From: a virus
Length of the DNA stretch: 64,000 nucleotides
IMG/VR virus record: IMGVR_UViG_3300020048_000014
Location: 32,001 to 96,000 of that record
Strand: one strand, 5' to 3'
Below, in pieces: positions 7,757 to 16,590 of the stretch. Below the pieces are notes generated by a model. That model made no database searches. It saw nothing but the letters and a program-made list of their open reading frames with translations, and was not told the DNA's origin. Every line of letters starts with the position of its first letter. Position 1 is the stretch's first letter. Both the position numbers and the translations under genes were made by a program.

Positions 7757-7981
7757 TGAAATTGATTTAAAGTTTTGCTAATACGCCAAAAGAGAATTAG
7801 ACCTTACCATTTACGGGGTGTCCTTTTACTATCCACGATGATTTTCCAAAGAATATACGAATCACAGTCAATCACGAACTCATCATATATAGTGGAACAT
7901 TTCCACTGTCTTAGGAACGCTTCGCTCTACTTATTTTAAGCGATTGCTGCTTCTAAGCCAACGCCCTTTAAATCAATTTCA
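7757..7981 (-). ncRNA. candidate ncRNA mimicking the 23S rRNA GTPase-associated centre (H43/H44)
   Basis: 16-bp perfect terminal inverted repeat enclosing GGCGTTGGCTTAGAAGCAGCAATCGC and GCGTATTAGC. Confidence 0.7.
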
Positions 7982-7988
7982 AAATTTA

Positions 7989-8276
7989 TCAATATGTATG
8001 AATTGCGTTATTTCGCAGTTCTACCCCCAGATCACGTGTATCAACATTAACCCACTCGCTCACATGTTGGTTCTTCTTAACGAGAACTCGTTGATTTCCG
8101 CCTAGTAGTCGGAAGCTGCCATCAGGATTACGTTCTGCCATGATCGAAAAGATCTTACGAGTCTTTAATTGATCAGGATTACGCATCCATGCTTTGTCTT
8201 TACGTGAACTAACGGCTGTCTTGGTTTTCTTTTTCATCGTCTGTGTTTTGTTTTGTTGTGTGTTCTGTGTCTTCAT
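7989..8276 (-). CDS. hypothetical basic protein
   Basis: ORF track; likely start MKTQN. Confidence 0.65.
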   Translation of the reverse strand: MKTQNTQQNKTQTMKKKTKTAVSSRKDKAWMRNPDQLKTRKIFSIMAERNPDGSFRLLGGNQRVLVKKNQHVSEWVNVDTRDLGVELRNNAIHTY

Positions 8277-8280
8277 AATT

Positions 8281-8550
8281 TTAGTATTCTGGGTCAAAGT
8301 TCTGTCCATTTCCATTTTCTAAGAAGTGTTCGACTTCTAGCATATTTTGCAGGTCATTGCTCAATTCTCTATCTAGTTTACATTCTTTCAACAATATTTC
8401 AAGTTTTTTAATATGTTCATCGGTATTTTGATAATCACTTACATCATCCAATTTTTCCCGTAAAAACTTTATTTTTTTATTCCTTTGTTCTAATCTAAGG
8501 TATAATTCTTTGATTAATTCTGTGTATTCACTATCCTCTGTTTCGTTCAT
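8281..8550 (-). CDS. hypothetical coiled-coil protein
   Basis: ORF track. Confidence 0.65.
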   Translation of the reverse strand: MNETEDSEYTELIKELYLRLEQRNKKIKFLREKLDDVSDYQNTDEHIKKLEILLKECKLDRELSNDLQNMLEVEHFLENGNGQNFDPEY

Positions 8551-8553
8551 AAA

Positions 8554-9225
8554 TTATCGTATCGTGGAATCGTGGTGATCCAGTATATTGACTGATTTGG
8601 TGGACATCACATCCTCAATGTCATCGAATGACCATATCTTACCACAGTCGATTCCAATGTCAAGTGTTTTTCCGAGTGGGAATTCTGGTAGTCTCTCAGG
8701 ATCGGATAGATGACTATGGCCGCTCAAATGAATAGTTCTTCTATTTGAGCCATTCCAAATCTTGCATGGGAAATGGTTCATAACAATCCGTTGTTTCCCA
8801 ACTTGAATTTCTACATGATTTCCAACAAATGTTAGATTAGGAATTCTTTTAAAGTTAGCGGGGTAAAGTTCGCCACAACACCCCAAACTTTTGGCAAGTT
8901 CTTCTTTATAGATGCGGTATGTATTCGACTCATGATTGCCCCAGAGTGCTCTAATGTCTTTACATTTTATACAGTGCAACCATTCTACACATTTTTCATC
9001 TGTAGCATTTAAAAACATGTCACCGAGAAAATATAAAATCGCATTCTCTGGGACAGTATCATTGATCAAATTCTGAATCTTAATCGCAGCATCTTCTGCT
9101 GAAGTATATCCACGCTGTTTCCAAATCGGAACAGCCCAAGAAGATGGATCATGGAAAATATGCCAGTCGCTACTAAAATAGAGCTTGTGTCTATCTTCGT
9201 GTTTAAATTTCTCGATTTTATACAT
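8554..9225 (-). CDS. calcineurin-like metallophosphoesterase
   Basis: SDWH, LGD, GNHE, MNHFP, GHSH, DIGID. Confidence 0.85.
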   Translation of the reverse strand: MYKIEKFKHEDRHKLYFSSDWHIFHDPSSWAVPIWKQRGYTSAEDAAIKIQNLINDTVPENAILYFLGDMFLNATDEKCVEWLHCIKCKDIRALWGNHESNTYRIYKEELAKSLGCCGELYPANFKRIPNLTFVGNHVEIQVGKQRIVMNHFPCKIWNGSNRRTIHLSGHSHLSDPERLPEFPLGKTLDIGIDCGKIWSFDDIEDVMSTKSVNILDHHDSTIR

Positions 9226-9455
9226 TATTCTTTCTTAAGAGCCTCAATAATTTCATCCATTCCTTGGATAATTTCCACAGTATCGCCATCTTCGACTACT
9301 AATCTTGGAACCGATCTCAGATTATGTTTGAAAAAAAATTCTCTGTCTTCTTCGATAGTGAAATCTTTTATATCTACCTCCAAATTTAGAGCTTTGATTT
9401 TATTTTTTAGGACCATACAAGGTCCGCATGTCTTAGATGTTGCAAGCGTCTTCAT
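9225..9455 (-). CDS. glutaredoxin/NrdH-like redoxin
   Basis: CGPC motif, RSVPRLVV; start 6 nt after promoter copy 9. Confidence 0.8.
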   Translation of the reverse strand: MKTLATSKTCGPCMVLKNKIKALNLEVDIKDFTIEEDREFFFKHNLRSVPRLVVEDGDTVEIIQGMDEIIEALKKE

Positions 9456-9461
9456 ACTCAT

Positions 9462-9480
9462 ATTATAGGTTAGTGTTTTA
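9462..9480 (-). promoter_or_regulatory. Promoter motif copy 9
   Basis: TAAAACACTA ACC TATAAT ATGAGT ATG. Confidence 0.75.
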
Positions 9481-10560
9481 TAAATTACTTTCGATACCAG
9501 TTTTGATTACTTTATCCTCCAATACTTTATTGTCCAAGATAGTAAAGGCGGCACCTTTTCTCCAATCAGGAAAATGTTGAACAATTTCCATGGCTTGATC
9601 CTTTCGGGTGAATGAATCTCCTCGCACATTATGCACTACTAGACGCACTTTGTCAAGTTGTTCTAAAGTTTTATTATAAGCATTGACAATTTTAAGCATG
9701 TCATCCTTTAGTCTTTCGGCAACTTCGAAATCTATTGCAACTTCGATGTATTTATAGAAATCCTCATACTTGGTGAATCGTTCAGTAGTCATGAATAGAT
9801 CAACAACTTGATTGATATTCTTGATACCAGTGCAAATTTTATGCAATTCACAATATTCACTGGCTTTTATCTTCTTCAAGGTTTGACCATCTGGCGAATA
9901 TAGAACAACGCCTTCCTTACCTCTCCAAGCAGCAACGTCATTGAGACATTCTTCGATGGAATCATACTCATACTTTTGAGGACGCTTAAAACCATATTGT
10001 CTACCTATTACATCCAAATAATTTTGGGGATAATATGAACAATCAGCATTTGAAACCGCACCCACTAAGATCAAATCAGGTTCATTAGATTCTCTCAATA
10101 CTATGATATTGTTGGGAGTGACCCACTCAAACAACCAAGTTACCCCAACTGCTTCAGAAAAATCTTTTTGTTCATTGAAAAAATATATATACTTCAATAG
10201 TAAAGTATCGATTTCATGACCATTAGCCATTTGACGAGCATCAGTAGTTCCACGGGTTCTACAAATCCATGAACCCTTATATCTTGATACAATCAATAAC
10301 GATCCATCCAACTTATGACGAGCATCGATCTTCCACGACTTATCCCAAGGTTGAAAATCGGGTTGTTCACTGAAATTAGTAAACTTTAAAAATCCTTGTG
10401 ATACCACAAAATTATCAGACTTACGGAGAATACAAGAACGGAATCTTGCATTTTCATCATTCCACTTACATCCGACATGATTCGGAGTGATAAGCCAGCA
10501 ATCATCTCCTGCGATAACGCAGTCTTTGAAAGTGAATTCTTCAGTCGTTGGTAGCTTCAT
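9478..10560 (-). CDS. RNA ligase, T4 Rnl1-like
   Basis: GFLKFTNF, KLDGSL (motif I), TRG, LFEWVTPNNIIV, EGVVL, KKIKASEY. Confidence 0.8.
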   Translation of the reverse strand: MKLPTTEEFTFKDCVIAGDDCWLITPNHVGCKWNDENARFRSCILRKSDNFVVSQGFLKFTNFSEQPDFQPWDKSWKIDARHKLDGSLLIVSRYKGSWICRTRGTTDARQMANGHEIDTLLLKYIYFFNEQKDFSEAVGVTWLFEWVTPNNIIVLRESNEPDLILVGAVSNADCSYYPQNYLDVIGRQYGFKRPQKYEYDSIEECLNDVAAWRGKEGVVLYSPDGQTLKKIKASEYCELHKICTGIKNINQVVDLFMTTERFTKYEDFYKYIEVAIDFEVAERLKDDMLKIVNAYNKTLEQLDKVRLVVHNVRGDSFTRKDQAMEIVQHFPDWRKGAAFTILDNKVLEDKVIKTGIESNL

Positions 10561-11242
10561 ACTCAGAATTATGGTTTAGTGTTTTATCAAGCAAAACCAC
10601 TGTCTTCTTATCAATTTCGTAATATACTTGAGTATTTTCATTCACGAAACGATCCCATGCATCTTGCAAATATTCTGGAATTTCTGGAACATCCGCATAC
10701 TCATCTTCATTAATCTCTCCCAATCTTTCCAAGTAATCCTTAATCATGATTTCTAGTTGACAACTTTTTAGTGTATGTTTTTTAGTTGAACCATATACAT
10801 AATCTGGGAGAGGATAATCATAATCCCAATTATCCCTCAAGTCATCGATGGCATAATAGAAAGTATCACCTTCGATGATAGGATCGCTGTAGTCGGCTTC
10901 TTCTACCTTTATAGCACTATCATAGATGCGCTTATCTCTAGCTTCACAATAAGCATGCATAGCCTTGGAATTACACATCTTAATCTCATCTTCAGTTAGA
11001 TACTTTTCGAGAACTTGTTTTTGGATGGATTCCATCATATATTCAGTGACTTTATCTTTATCTCCAACATTGAAACATTGCTCTGTTTCTGAATTCATGA
11101 TGAGAGATTTAAATGTCTTCCCGGTATCTAATACAGGATTGATCCAGTTATTCAAAACCTTGAGAATTTCTGCCCATCTTTCTTCTGTGAATAGTGGTTG
11201 AAAATATTCTAAAGGATAATTTGTTAGTTGTATATAATTCAT
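10541..11242 (-). CDS. hypothetical protein
   Basis: 233-aa ORF. Confidence 0.75.
   Translation of the reverse strand: MNYIQLTNYPLEYFQPLFTEERWAEILKVLNNWINPVLDTGKTFKSLIMNSETEQCFNVGDKDKVTEYMMESIQKQVLEKYLTEDEIKMCNSKAMHAYCEARDKRIYDSAIKVEEADYSDPIIEGDTFYYAIDDLRDNWDYDYPLPDYVYGSTKKHTLKSCQLEIMIKDYLERLGEINEDEYADVPEIPEYLQDAWDRFVNENTQVYYEIDKKTVVLLDKTLNHNSEYEATND
10568..10586 (-). promoter_or_regulatory. Promoter motif copy 10 (inside upstream CDS)
   Basis: TAAAACACTA AAC CATAAT TCTGAGT ATG. Confidence 0.7.
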
Positions 11243-11643
11243 AGTAGTTTTAAATTTTCTCTGATTGTTTTCTCCTGTCTTTGGAGAGTTTCTAATGGCA
11301 CGTTGTGTACATTTTTCCCATCATGTCTGTTCTCTAACACGATAAATGTTACAATGAATCCGACAGCCTTTGCTGTATCGACATACCTCTTCCAGTCTTG
11401 CTCTTTGGCATTAACATTAGCAATGATGATATCTCTATCGGTGAGTGTCAACGCATCTACAAACTTGTTCCAACAATAGCCATGAGCCTTACTCAAACCT
11501 GCTGAATACCAATTATAATTACCATCCTTGTCAGTAAAGTAATCATCGGCGCAGCATACTGCCGCATCTGGAAATAGATTACAAAATGTGGATTTTCCAG
11601 ATCCAGAGCAACCTTTTAATATCAAGAGATGACGTTGTTTCAT
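11239..11643 (-). CDS. polynucleotide kinase-like P-loop protein (AAA_33)
   Basis: GCSGSGKST, CADDYF, IANVN, HNVPLETLQRQ. Confidence 0.85.
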   Translation of the reverse strand: MKQRHLLILKGCSGSGKSTFCNLFPDAAVCCADDYFTDKDGNYNWYSAGLSKAHGYCWNKFVDALTLTDRDIIIANVNAKEQDWKRYVDTAKAVGFIVTFIVLENRHDGKNVHNVPLETLQRQEKTIRENLKLL

Positions 11644-11644
11644 A

Positions 11645-12079
11645 TTATCGAATTTCTATAGTTTTTGGCCAGCTTGCATATACAGAGTTAAATTTTCCGT
11701 TACATATTGTCAAATGAAGACCCCTATAGTAAGGACCATCAACGATTCCGACCTTCTTTTTGATTTGATCTATTTGATCAGAATATACCCGAATATAATA
11801 CATCAAAAATCCCTTGGTGTAACCACCTTCAACAATGTTTTCATCATATTCAAATTCTACAACTTTCTTATCGTTGTAGACTGCTTTATCCCAATTAATC
11901 TTCTTGTTATGGTTAGCTGAATATATGGTAACATGTGCGCCATGAAGGGGAGTGTTCATTCTGATCCAATACTTTTGACAAATAAAATGATAATAAAGTT
12001 TGATCAGATCATCAGAGACATCAAGAACCATCCTACCTTTATGGGGTTGAACGCTTATAATACCAGTCGCACGGAGCAT
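11645..12079 (-). CDS. 2H phosphoesterase family protein
   Basis: Two HxT motifs, GAHVTI and GLHLTI, about 70 aa apart; start reset to MLRATG after promoter copy 11. Confidence 0.65.
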   Translation of the reverse strand: MLRATGIISVQPHKGRMVLDVSDDLIKLYYHFICQKYWIRMNTPLHGAHVTIYSANHNKKINWDKAVYNDKKVVEFEYDENIVEGGYTKGFLMYYIRVYSDQIDQIKKKVGIVDGPYYRGLHLTICNGKFNSVYASWPKTIEIR

Positions 12080-12085
12080 ATGGTT

Positions 12086-12104
12086 ATTATATACTAGTGT
12101 TTTA
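12086..12104 (-). promoter_or_regulatory. Promoter motif copy 11
   Basis: TAAAACACTA GTA TATAAT AACCAT ATG. Confidence 0.75.
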
Positions 12105-12662
12105 TCAAGTCCAGAGATATTGTCTATTCTTAATAATCCCAATCATTGCTTCAGTGTCCTTATCCTCGATCAGTTTCTCTAACCGATGAACTTCTCTGTA
12201 TGCTTCTTCGTAAGACATACCATAGATTTCTTCTACAGATTTCATCCTATAAGATTTTACCGTTTTACCATCTTCTTCCACAATAGGATCGCAGAGATCA
12301 AGAATATCGCCACCATTGATAGATGTAGGATATGATTCGTCCAGTTCTTCTTGGAGTAAGGATCTATCAGTTTTGATGTATTCATAAATTTCTTCTAATT
12401 CTTTTCTGACTGGCTCTCTTGTTGCTCGATAAAGTTCAGAATAAGATTCATTTGTATAACGTTCACCCCAAATGGATTCAAGACCTTCTTCTTTTTCGAC
12501 AAAATGTTTTAGAATTTCAAAAAGACATAAAGGAACCAATTCAACAGAATCGCACCACGTATTAGGAATCTTCCTAATTAGCCATTTTTGACGCGGATTG
12601 AACCATGCTCTCAAGTCATACCATTTCATTTTCCACCAAAATTTATTTGTTATTGTATTCAT
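12105..12662 (-). CDS. hypothetical protein
   Basis: 185-aa ORF starting 6 nt after promoter copy 12. Confidence 0.8.
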   Translation of the reverse strand: MNTITNKFWWKMKWYDLRAWFNPRQKWLIRKIPNTWCDSVELVPLCLFEILKHFVEKEEGLESIWGERYTNESYSELYRATREPVRKELEEIYEYIKTDRSLLQEELDESYPTSINGGDILDLCDPIVEEDGKTVKSYRMKSVEEIYGMSYEEAYREVHRLEKLIEDKDTEAMIGIIKNRQYLWT

Positions 12663-12668
12663 AAAGTT

Positions 12669-12686
12669 ATTATATATTAGTGTTTA
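12669..12686 (-). promoter_or_regulatory. Promoter motif copy 12
   Basis: TAAACACTA ATA TATAAT AACTTT ATG. Confidence 0.75.
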
Positions 12687-13336
12687 ATGTATCTCTCTGA
12701 AACTGTTAGTGGTGTCAATGAAGAAAGTTCACCATCGTCAATCAAAAAAACTTCTCCATTTCTAGGAGTTTTCCATTTTTCAAATTCTTCAACAGTCCAA
12801 CCAAGGAGATACATCAGGTATAGTTTATTAAACTCCCCATGCGCTACTATGATATTATGTTCATATTTACTAGTAGATTTGAGCCACATATCAAATAGAA
12901 CTACTCTCTGATACGCATCAGCAAAACTTTCACCATTCAAGGGTCGATAAAAGAAATTAAAATGTCCCTCATTTTTTTTACCAGATTCAACAATATCTCT
13001 TAACGATCCCCAAGCTCTCTCGACCAAAAGTGGTGATTCTTTAAATTTATTAATTTTATACCCCTCAAAGGAAGATAGTCTGCCACGTATTAAATTTGCA
13101 GATTGCGTAGTCCTTTTATATGGACTATAAAACATATTACAGTGAATTGAATCAACTGATGGATATTCTTTCAAAGTATTCGGATAATCCAATAAATCCA
13201 TCAATCTATCACCTGTTTGGATGGATTGATGTATCCCATTCTGACTCAATTTAATTTCACTATCAAGTTTTCGGAAGTATTCCGATGGATCTATGTTACC
13301 CATCGATTCAAAATGTCTAACTAAATAAATTTTCAT
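12677..13336 (-). CDS. histidine phosphatase (phosphoglycerate-mutase family)
   Basis: LVRHFES, SPYKRTTQSA, LVERAWG, GESF, IIVAHG. Confidence 0.85.
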   Translation of the reverse strand: MKIYLVRHFESMGNIDPSEYFRKLDSEIKLSQNGIHQSIQTGDRLMDLLDYPNTLKEYPSVDSIHCNMFYSPYKRTTQSANLIRGRLSSFEGYKINKFKESPLLVERAWGSLRDIVESGKKNEGHFNFFYRPLNGESFADAYQRVVLFDMWLKSTSKYEHNIIVAHGEFNKLYLMYLLGWTVEEFEKWKTPRNGEVFLIDDGELSSLTPLTVSERYIKH

Positions 13337-13351
13337 TCGTATACAGTTTTT

Positions 13352-13372
13352 CGCCCCTATTCTGGTGGGGCG
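13352..13372. terminator. GC-rich hairpin
   Basis: CGCCCC-N9-GGGGCG flanked by T runs on the + strand. Confidence 0.4.
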
Positions 13373-13377
13373 TTTTA

Positions 13378-13770
13378 TTATTTTGTAATTTTAAGATTGC
13401 TAACATCGATGCCAAACTTAGCAGCAATTTCGTCAAATGTCAATACATTTTCTTTAGCAGTTAGACGATTGAAGTCTTCCTCAGAAAAATACATGCCATC
13501 AACACACCACAATTTAGATCCATCAGCACGCTCAACTGCTGGGCCATCAAGGCGATGAAGCTTGTCATCTACATACCACCCTTTAGTTCCATTAGCATAC
13601 TCAACCGCTGGGCCATCAAGACGATGAAGCTTACCGTCAACATACCACTCTCTATTGCCAGTAGCATACTCAATGGCTGGTCCATCAGTGCGATGCAAAA
13701 TCTTCATAGCTGCATCGCTATAATAAAACTTCTCTCCGTGTTTGGTAATTTTAATATATTGTTCGTTCAT
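13378..13770 (-). CDS. HRLDGPA-repeat protein, copy B
   Basis: Three HRxDGPA(I/V)E..W.VDG repeats. Confidence 0.8.
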   Translation of the reverse strand: MNEQYIKITKHGEKFYYSDAAMKILHRTDGPAIEYATGNREWYVDGKLHRLDGPAVEYANGTKGWYVDDKLHRLDGPAVERADGSKLWCVDGMYFSEEDFNRLTAKENVLTFDEIAAKFGIDVSNLKITK

Positions 13771-13772
13771 AA

Positions 13773-14165
13773 TTATTTTGTAATCTTAAGTTGCTCGACG
13801 CTGATGCCAAACTTAGCAGCAATTTGCTCCATTGTCAAGACAATCTCTTTAGCAGTTAGACGAATGAACTCTTTTTCAGAAAGATACTTGCCATCAATAT
13901 ACCATAAGTTATTCCCATCAGTATACTCAATTGCTGGGCCATCAAGTCGATGAATCTTACCATCAACCCACCACTCTTTATATCCACTACTATGCTCAAT
14001 GGCTGGGCCATCAAGACGATGAAGCTTGTCATTTACATGCCATGCTTTATACCCATCAGCAAACTCAATTGCTGGACCATCAATGCGATGAAGAATTTTC
14101 ATAGCTGCATCGCTATAGTAATACTTATTACCATATTCGTCAATTTTAATATATTGTGTTTTCAT
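13773..14165 (-). CDS. HRLDGPA-repeat protein, copy A
   Basis: Same length (130 aa) and architecture as its neighbour. Confidence 0.8.
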   Translation of the reverse strand: MKTQYIKIDEYGNKYYYSDAAMKILHRIDGPAIEFADGYKAWHVNDKLHRLDGPAIEHSSGYKEWWVDGKIHRLDGPAIEYTDGNNLWYIDGKYLSEKEFIRLTAKEIVLTMEQIAAKFGISVEQLKITK

Positions 14166-14602
14166 AGTAATGTTAGTTTATCTGTCAACCCTTCAAACAT
14201 ATTATCATAGGCTGGACCGATTGCAATAGCTGTTTTTGTCTTTACTCCATTAAATTCGGTTGCGCCATTATCTTCAACAAGATGAGACAACAATCCTTTG
14301 GCCAACGCTGCTTCATGTAGGTCTATAAGCTCTTGCTCTGACTCTACATAACATACAATCTTACGGAAGGAATGGTTAAGCCAATGATCAATTTCCTCAT
14401 AATGTTTTTCCATATCTGAATGTTTGTTGATAAAACTATACTCATGATAGTCACAGGCCCCATATTCTATGTCATGGTTCATGCGTCCACTTTTAGTTAG
14501 GAAAGCCATGCTAGCGTGTGAAGCCTGTGACATTTCTTTTCCTCGTCGCATCTTAAGGTCTTTACGAATAACTATAACTTGTTTTGTATTTTCTTTATTC
14601 AT
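14162..14602 (-). CDS. peptidyl-tRNA hydrolase, Pth2 type
   Basis: KQVIVIRKDLKMRRGKEMSQASHAS, RKIV, LVEDNGATEF, TAIAIGP. Confidence 0.85.
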   Translation of the reverse strand: MNKENTKQVIVIRKDLKMRRGKEMSQASHASMAFLTKSGRMNHDIEYGACDYHEYSFINKHSDMEKHYEEIDHWLNHSFRKIVCYVESEQELIDLHEAALAKGLLSHLVEDNGATEFNGVKTKTAIAIGPAYDNMFEGLTDKLTLL

Positions 14603-14622
14603 ATTATTATATCCGTGTTCTT

Positions 14623-14868
14623 TTATCGTTTCCATGAATAAATTGTCACCCATGCTGCAATGCACAACCAATGAAAATTAATATCTGTATTTAGATGCGG
14701 TTGGAATCCTCCTCCATTTGTTGTAAGAGTGGGTTTCCAATACCACCAATTACGACCAAATCGTGGTCTGGTTGGTGCATCAAGCTCCCATTGTTCAAAT
14801 ACCTCGTTTGTAGTTTTACCTGCAAGAGTCGTGCCAAAGAAAATATTCCGTGTAATCTCTTTTATCAT
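14623..14868 (-). CDS. hypothetical Trp-rich protein
   Basis: ORF track. Confidence 0.6.
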   Translation of the reverse strand: MIKEITRNIFFGTTLAGKTTNEVFEQWELDAPTRPRFGRNWWYWKPTLTTNGGGFQPHLNTDINFHWLCIAAWVTIYSWKR

Positions 14869-14905
14869 ATTAGTTTATATTTTACAATTAGTCTTAGTTA
14901 TAAAA

Positions 14906-16297
14906 TTAACTTTCTTCTTCCATGTCAGATTCTCCAGCATCCCTAGCTTTACATTCTGCTAAATTGAATTTCGGACTCTTAAATTTAAGAACTGGCTTAG
15001 TTTCCTTAGAATTGATTTTCAAAACAATACCTTCGTTGACGACACCCGTTTTGCAGAGTTCGCATGTTTTATCAAGATACTTTTCATGTAACTTGTGAAG
15101 AAAGTTCTCTCCAAATGAACTATCTAGGGGAATTTCAGGGAATAAATCCGTTACCTTTCCTTTGTAGTATACCGGGACATGTTTTAAACCATGATCTTCA
15201 CAGAATCCTTCAATTTCATTCCAAGAAAATTCAGTCACTTTTCCTTCTTCATTGGTGTGTGTGACTCTATAAACCCAAAATTCTGATTCGCCTTGAGTTA
15301 TCCCATAATCATAATTCTTCTGGATATTCCTATTAGGGGAGGCCCACCCTAAAATTTCTCCATATACTGAAATTCCTTTAGGGATATTACCATCCAATTC
15401 TTTAGCGTGTTTACCCCAAACGTCTTCACTATATGTCCCATCACGTTTATTTTTGATGATCGAACGACTGGAATATACAAAGAGATAATCAATCGCTGGA
15501 ATGTCAAACCCAATCATTTTTTTAAACATTGAAAATAATGACAACGATTTCTTGCACAGCAGATTAGCAAAAATTGCCGATGTTCCATGAATTTTGTTAG
15601 AGATTGTGATATTATCATTTGGATCGACGATAAAAATATTACGACCAAGTTGTTCAGTTTTCCCGTGGAAATACCACTGACCGTCAACAATTTGAGATTT
15701 GATACCCTCAGATTTAATAGCACCGTAATACCATTTGACGACAGGATAGATAGCCAATCTAATTGGTCTAGGAAGGCTACCAATGCTCTTGGATACCCAT
15801 TTAGGGATCTTGGGTTGTTTGCTATTCGGATCACCTTGAACTTTTGTATCTGGTCGGATATACTTCGTTACAAGAAGGTCATCACCAACTGTATCAAAAT
15901 TTTCCCCGACATGGAAGATATCATCCTTTAAGTCATAATATCTAATAAGTTCTGAAACTTTAAATAAAAATCCCTGAGACGGAACACCACGTAAATTAAT
16001 TGCCTTAACTCTTCGTCCTTTAGAAGAGAAGTAAGATTTTGTTACACCATCAGCATTCAACACGGGATCATTAAAAAGATTTGCCCATGACAAGAATTTG
16101 GCGGATAAACAAGACTCAATAGGGAAATACGCCAACTTATCATTTTGGGAATATACTCCTTTCCCGACAATAATACTATTTCCAAAAATTTCAACGATTT
16201 CTAATCTGTCAGCAGATGGATGAGTTTTAATTTCTGGACACTTGATTACGACTGCTGCGTAATTTGGGTCACAATTTTCACTTATGCTCAATTTCAT
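14906..16297 (-). CDS. RNA ligase, DRB0094-like, with N-terminal OB/tRNA-binding-like domain
   Basis: HPSADRL, VKAINLRGVPSQG, KIHGTS, VYGEILG, EGIVLK, LKFKSPKF. Confidence 0.8.
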   Translation of the reverse strand: MKLSISENCDPNYAAVVIKCPEIKTHPSADRLEIVEIFGNSIIVGKGVYSQNDKLAYFPIESCLSAKFLSWANLFNDPVLNADGVTKSYFSSKGRRVKAINLRGVPSQGFLFKVSELIRYYDLKDDIFHVGENFDTVGDDLLVTKYIRPDTKVQGDPNSKQPKIPKWVSKSIGSLPRPIRLAIYPVVKWYYGAIKSEGIKSQIVDGQWYFHGKTEQLGRNIFIVDPNDNITISNKIHGTSAIFANLLCKKSLSLFSMFKKMIGFDIPAIDYLFVYSSRSIIKNKRDGTYSEDVWGKHAKELDGNIPKGISVYGEILGWASPNRNIQKNYDYGITQGESEFWVYRVTHTNEEGKVTEFSWNEIEGFCEDHGLKHVPVYYKGKVTDLFPEIPLDSSFGENFLHKLHEKYLDKTCELCKTGVVNEGIVLKINSKETKPVLKFKSPKFNLAECKARDAGESDMEEES

Positions 16298-16303
16298 ATC
16301 AGT

Positions 16304-16321
16304 ATTATATATTAGTGTTTA
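16304..16321 (-). promoter_or_regulatory. Promoter motif copy 13
   Basis: TAAACACTA ATA TATAAT ACTGAT ATG. Confidence 0.75.
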
Positions 16322-16590
16322 ATCTTTAAATATTCCCCATTGCCATCTCCGTCATTTTTAATTTCAAAAGAGTGACCATTAATCATAAGGTGTGATATAA
16401 TACTACATCCCAAGTTAATCATTTGAGTAGGTGTAATATTTCCGATGGAAAACTCTTCATCTTTTCCAAATGATTGAATCCCGTAATAATTAAATCCTCC
16501 CATATCTGGATCTGAACTTTCTCCCCCAAACGTATAGAAGGTTTCGTCACCATCTAGCCCAATGTAAATATCATTCGATTCAATTCTCAT
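16312..16590 (-). CDS. hypothetical protein
   Basis: ORF track; ends IKH* over the promoter. Confidence 0.7.
   Translation of the reverse strand: MRIESNDIYIGLDGDETFYTFGGESSDPDMGGFNYYGIQSFGKDEEFSIGNITPTQMINLGCSIISHLMINGHSFEIKNDGDGNGEYLKIKH

Noticed and set aside
7940-7965. A 23S rRNA gene or host contamination
   Set aside because: Only two short helices match. They are split by ~140 nt of unrelated sequence and flanked by phage genes, so this is not an rRNA gene.
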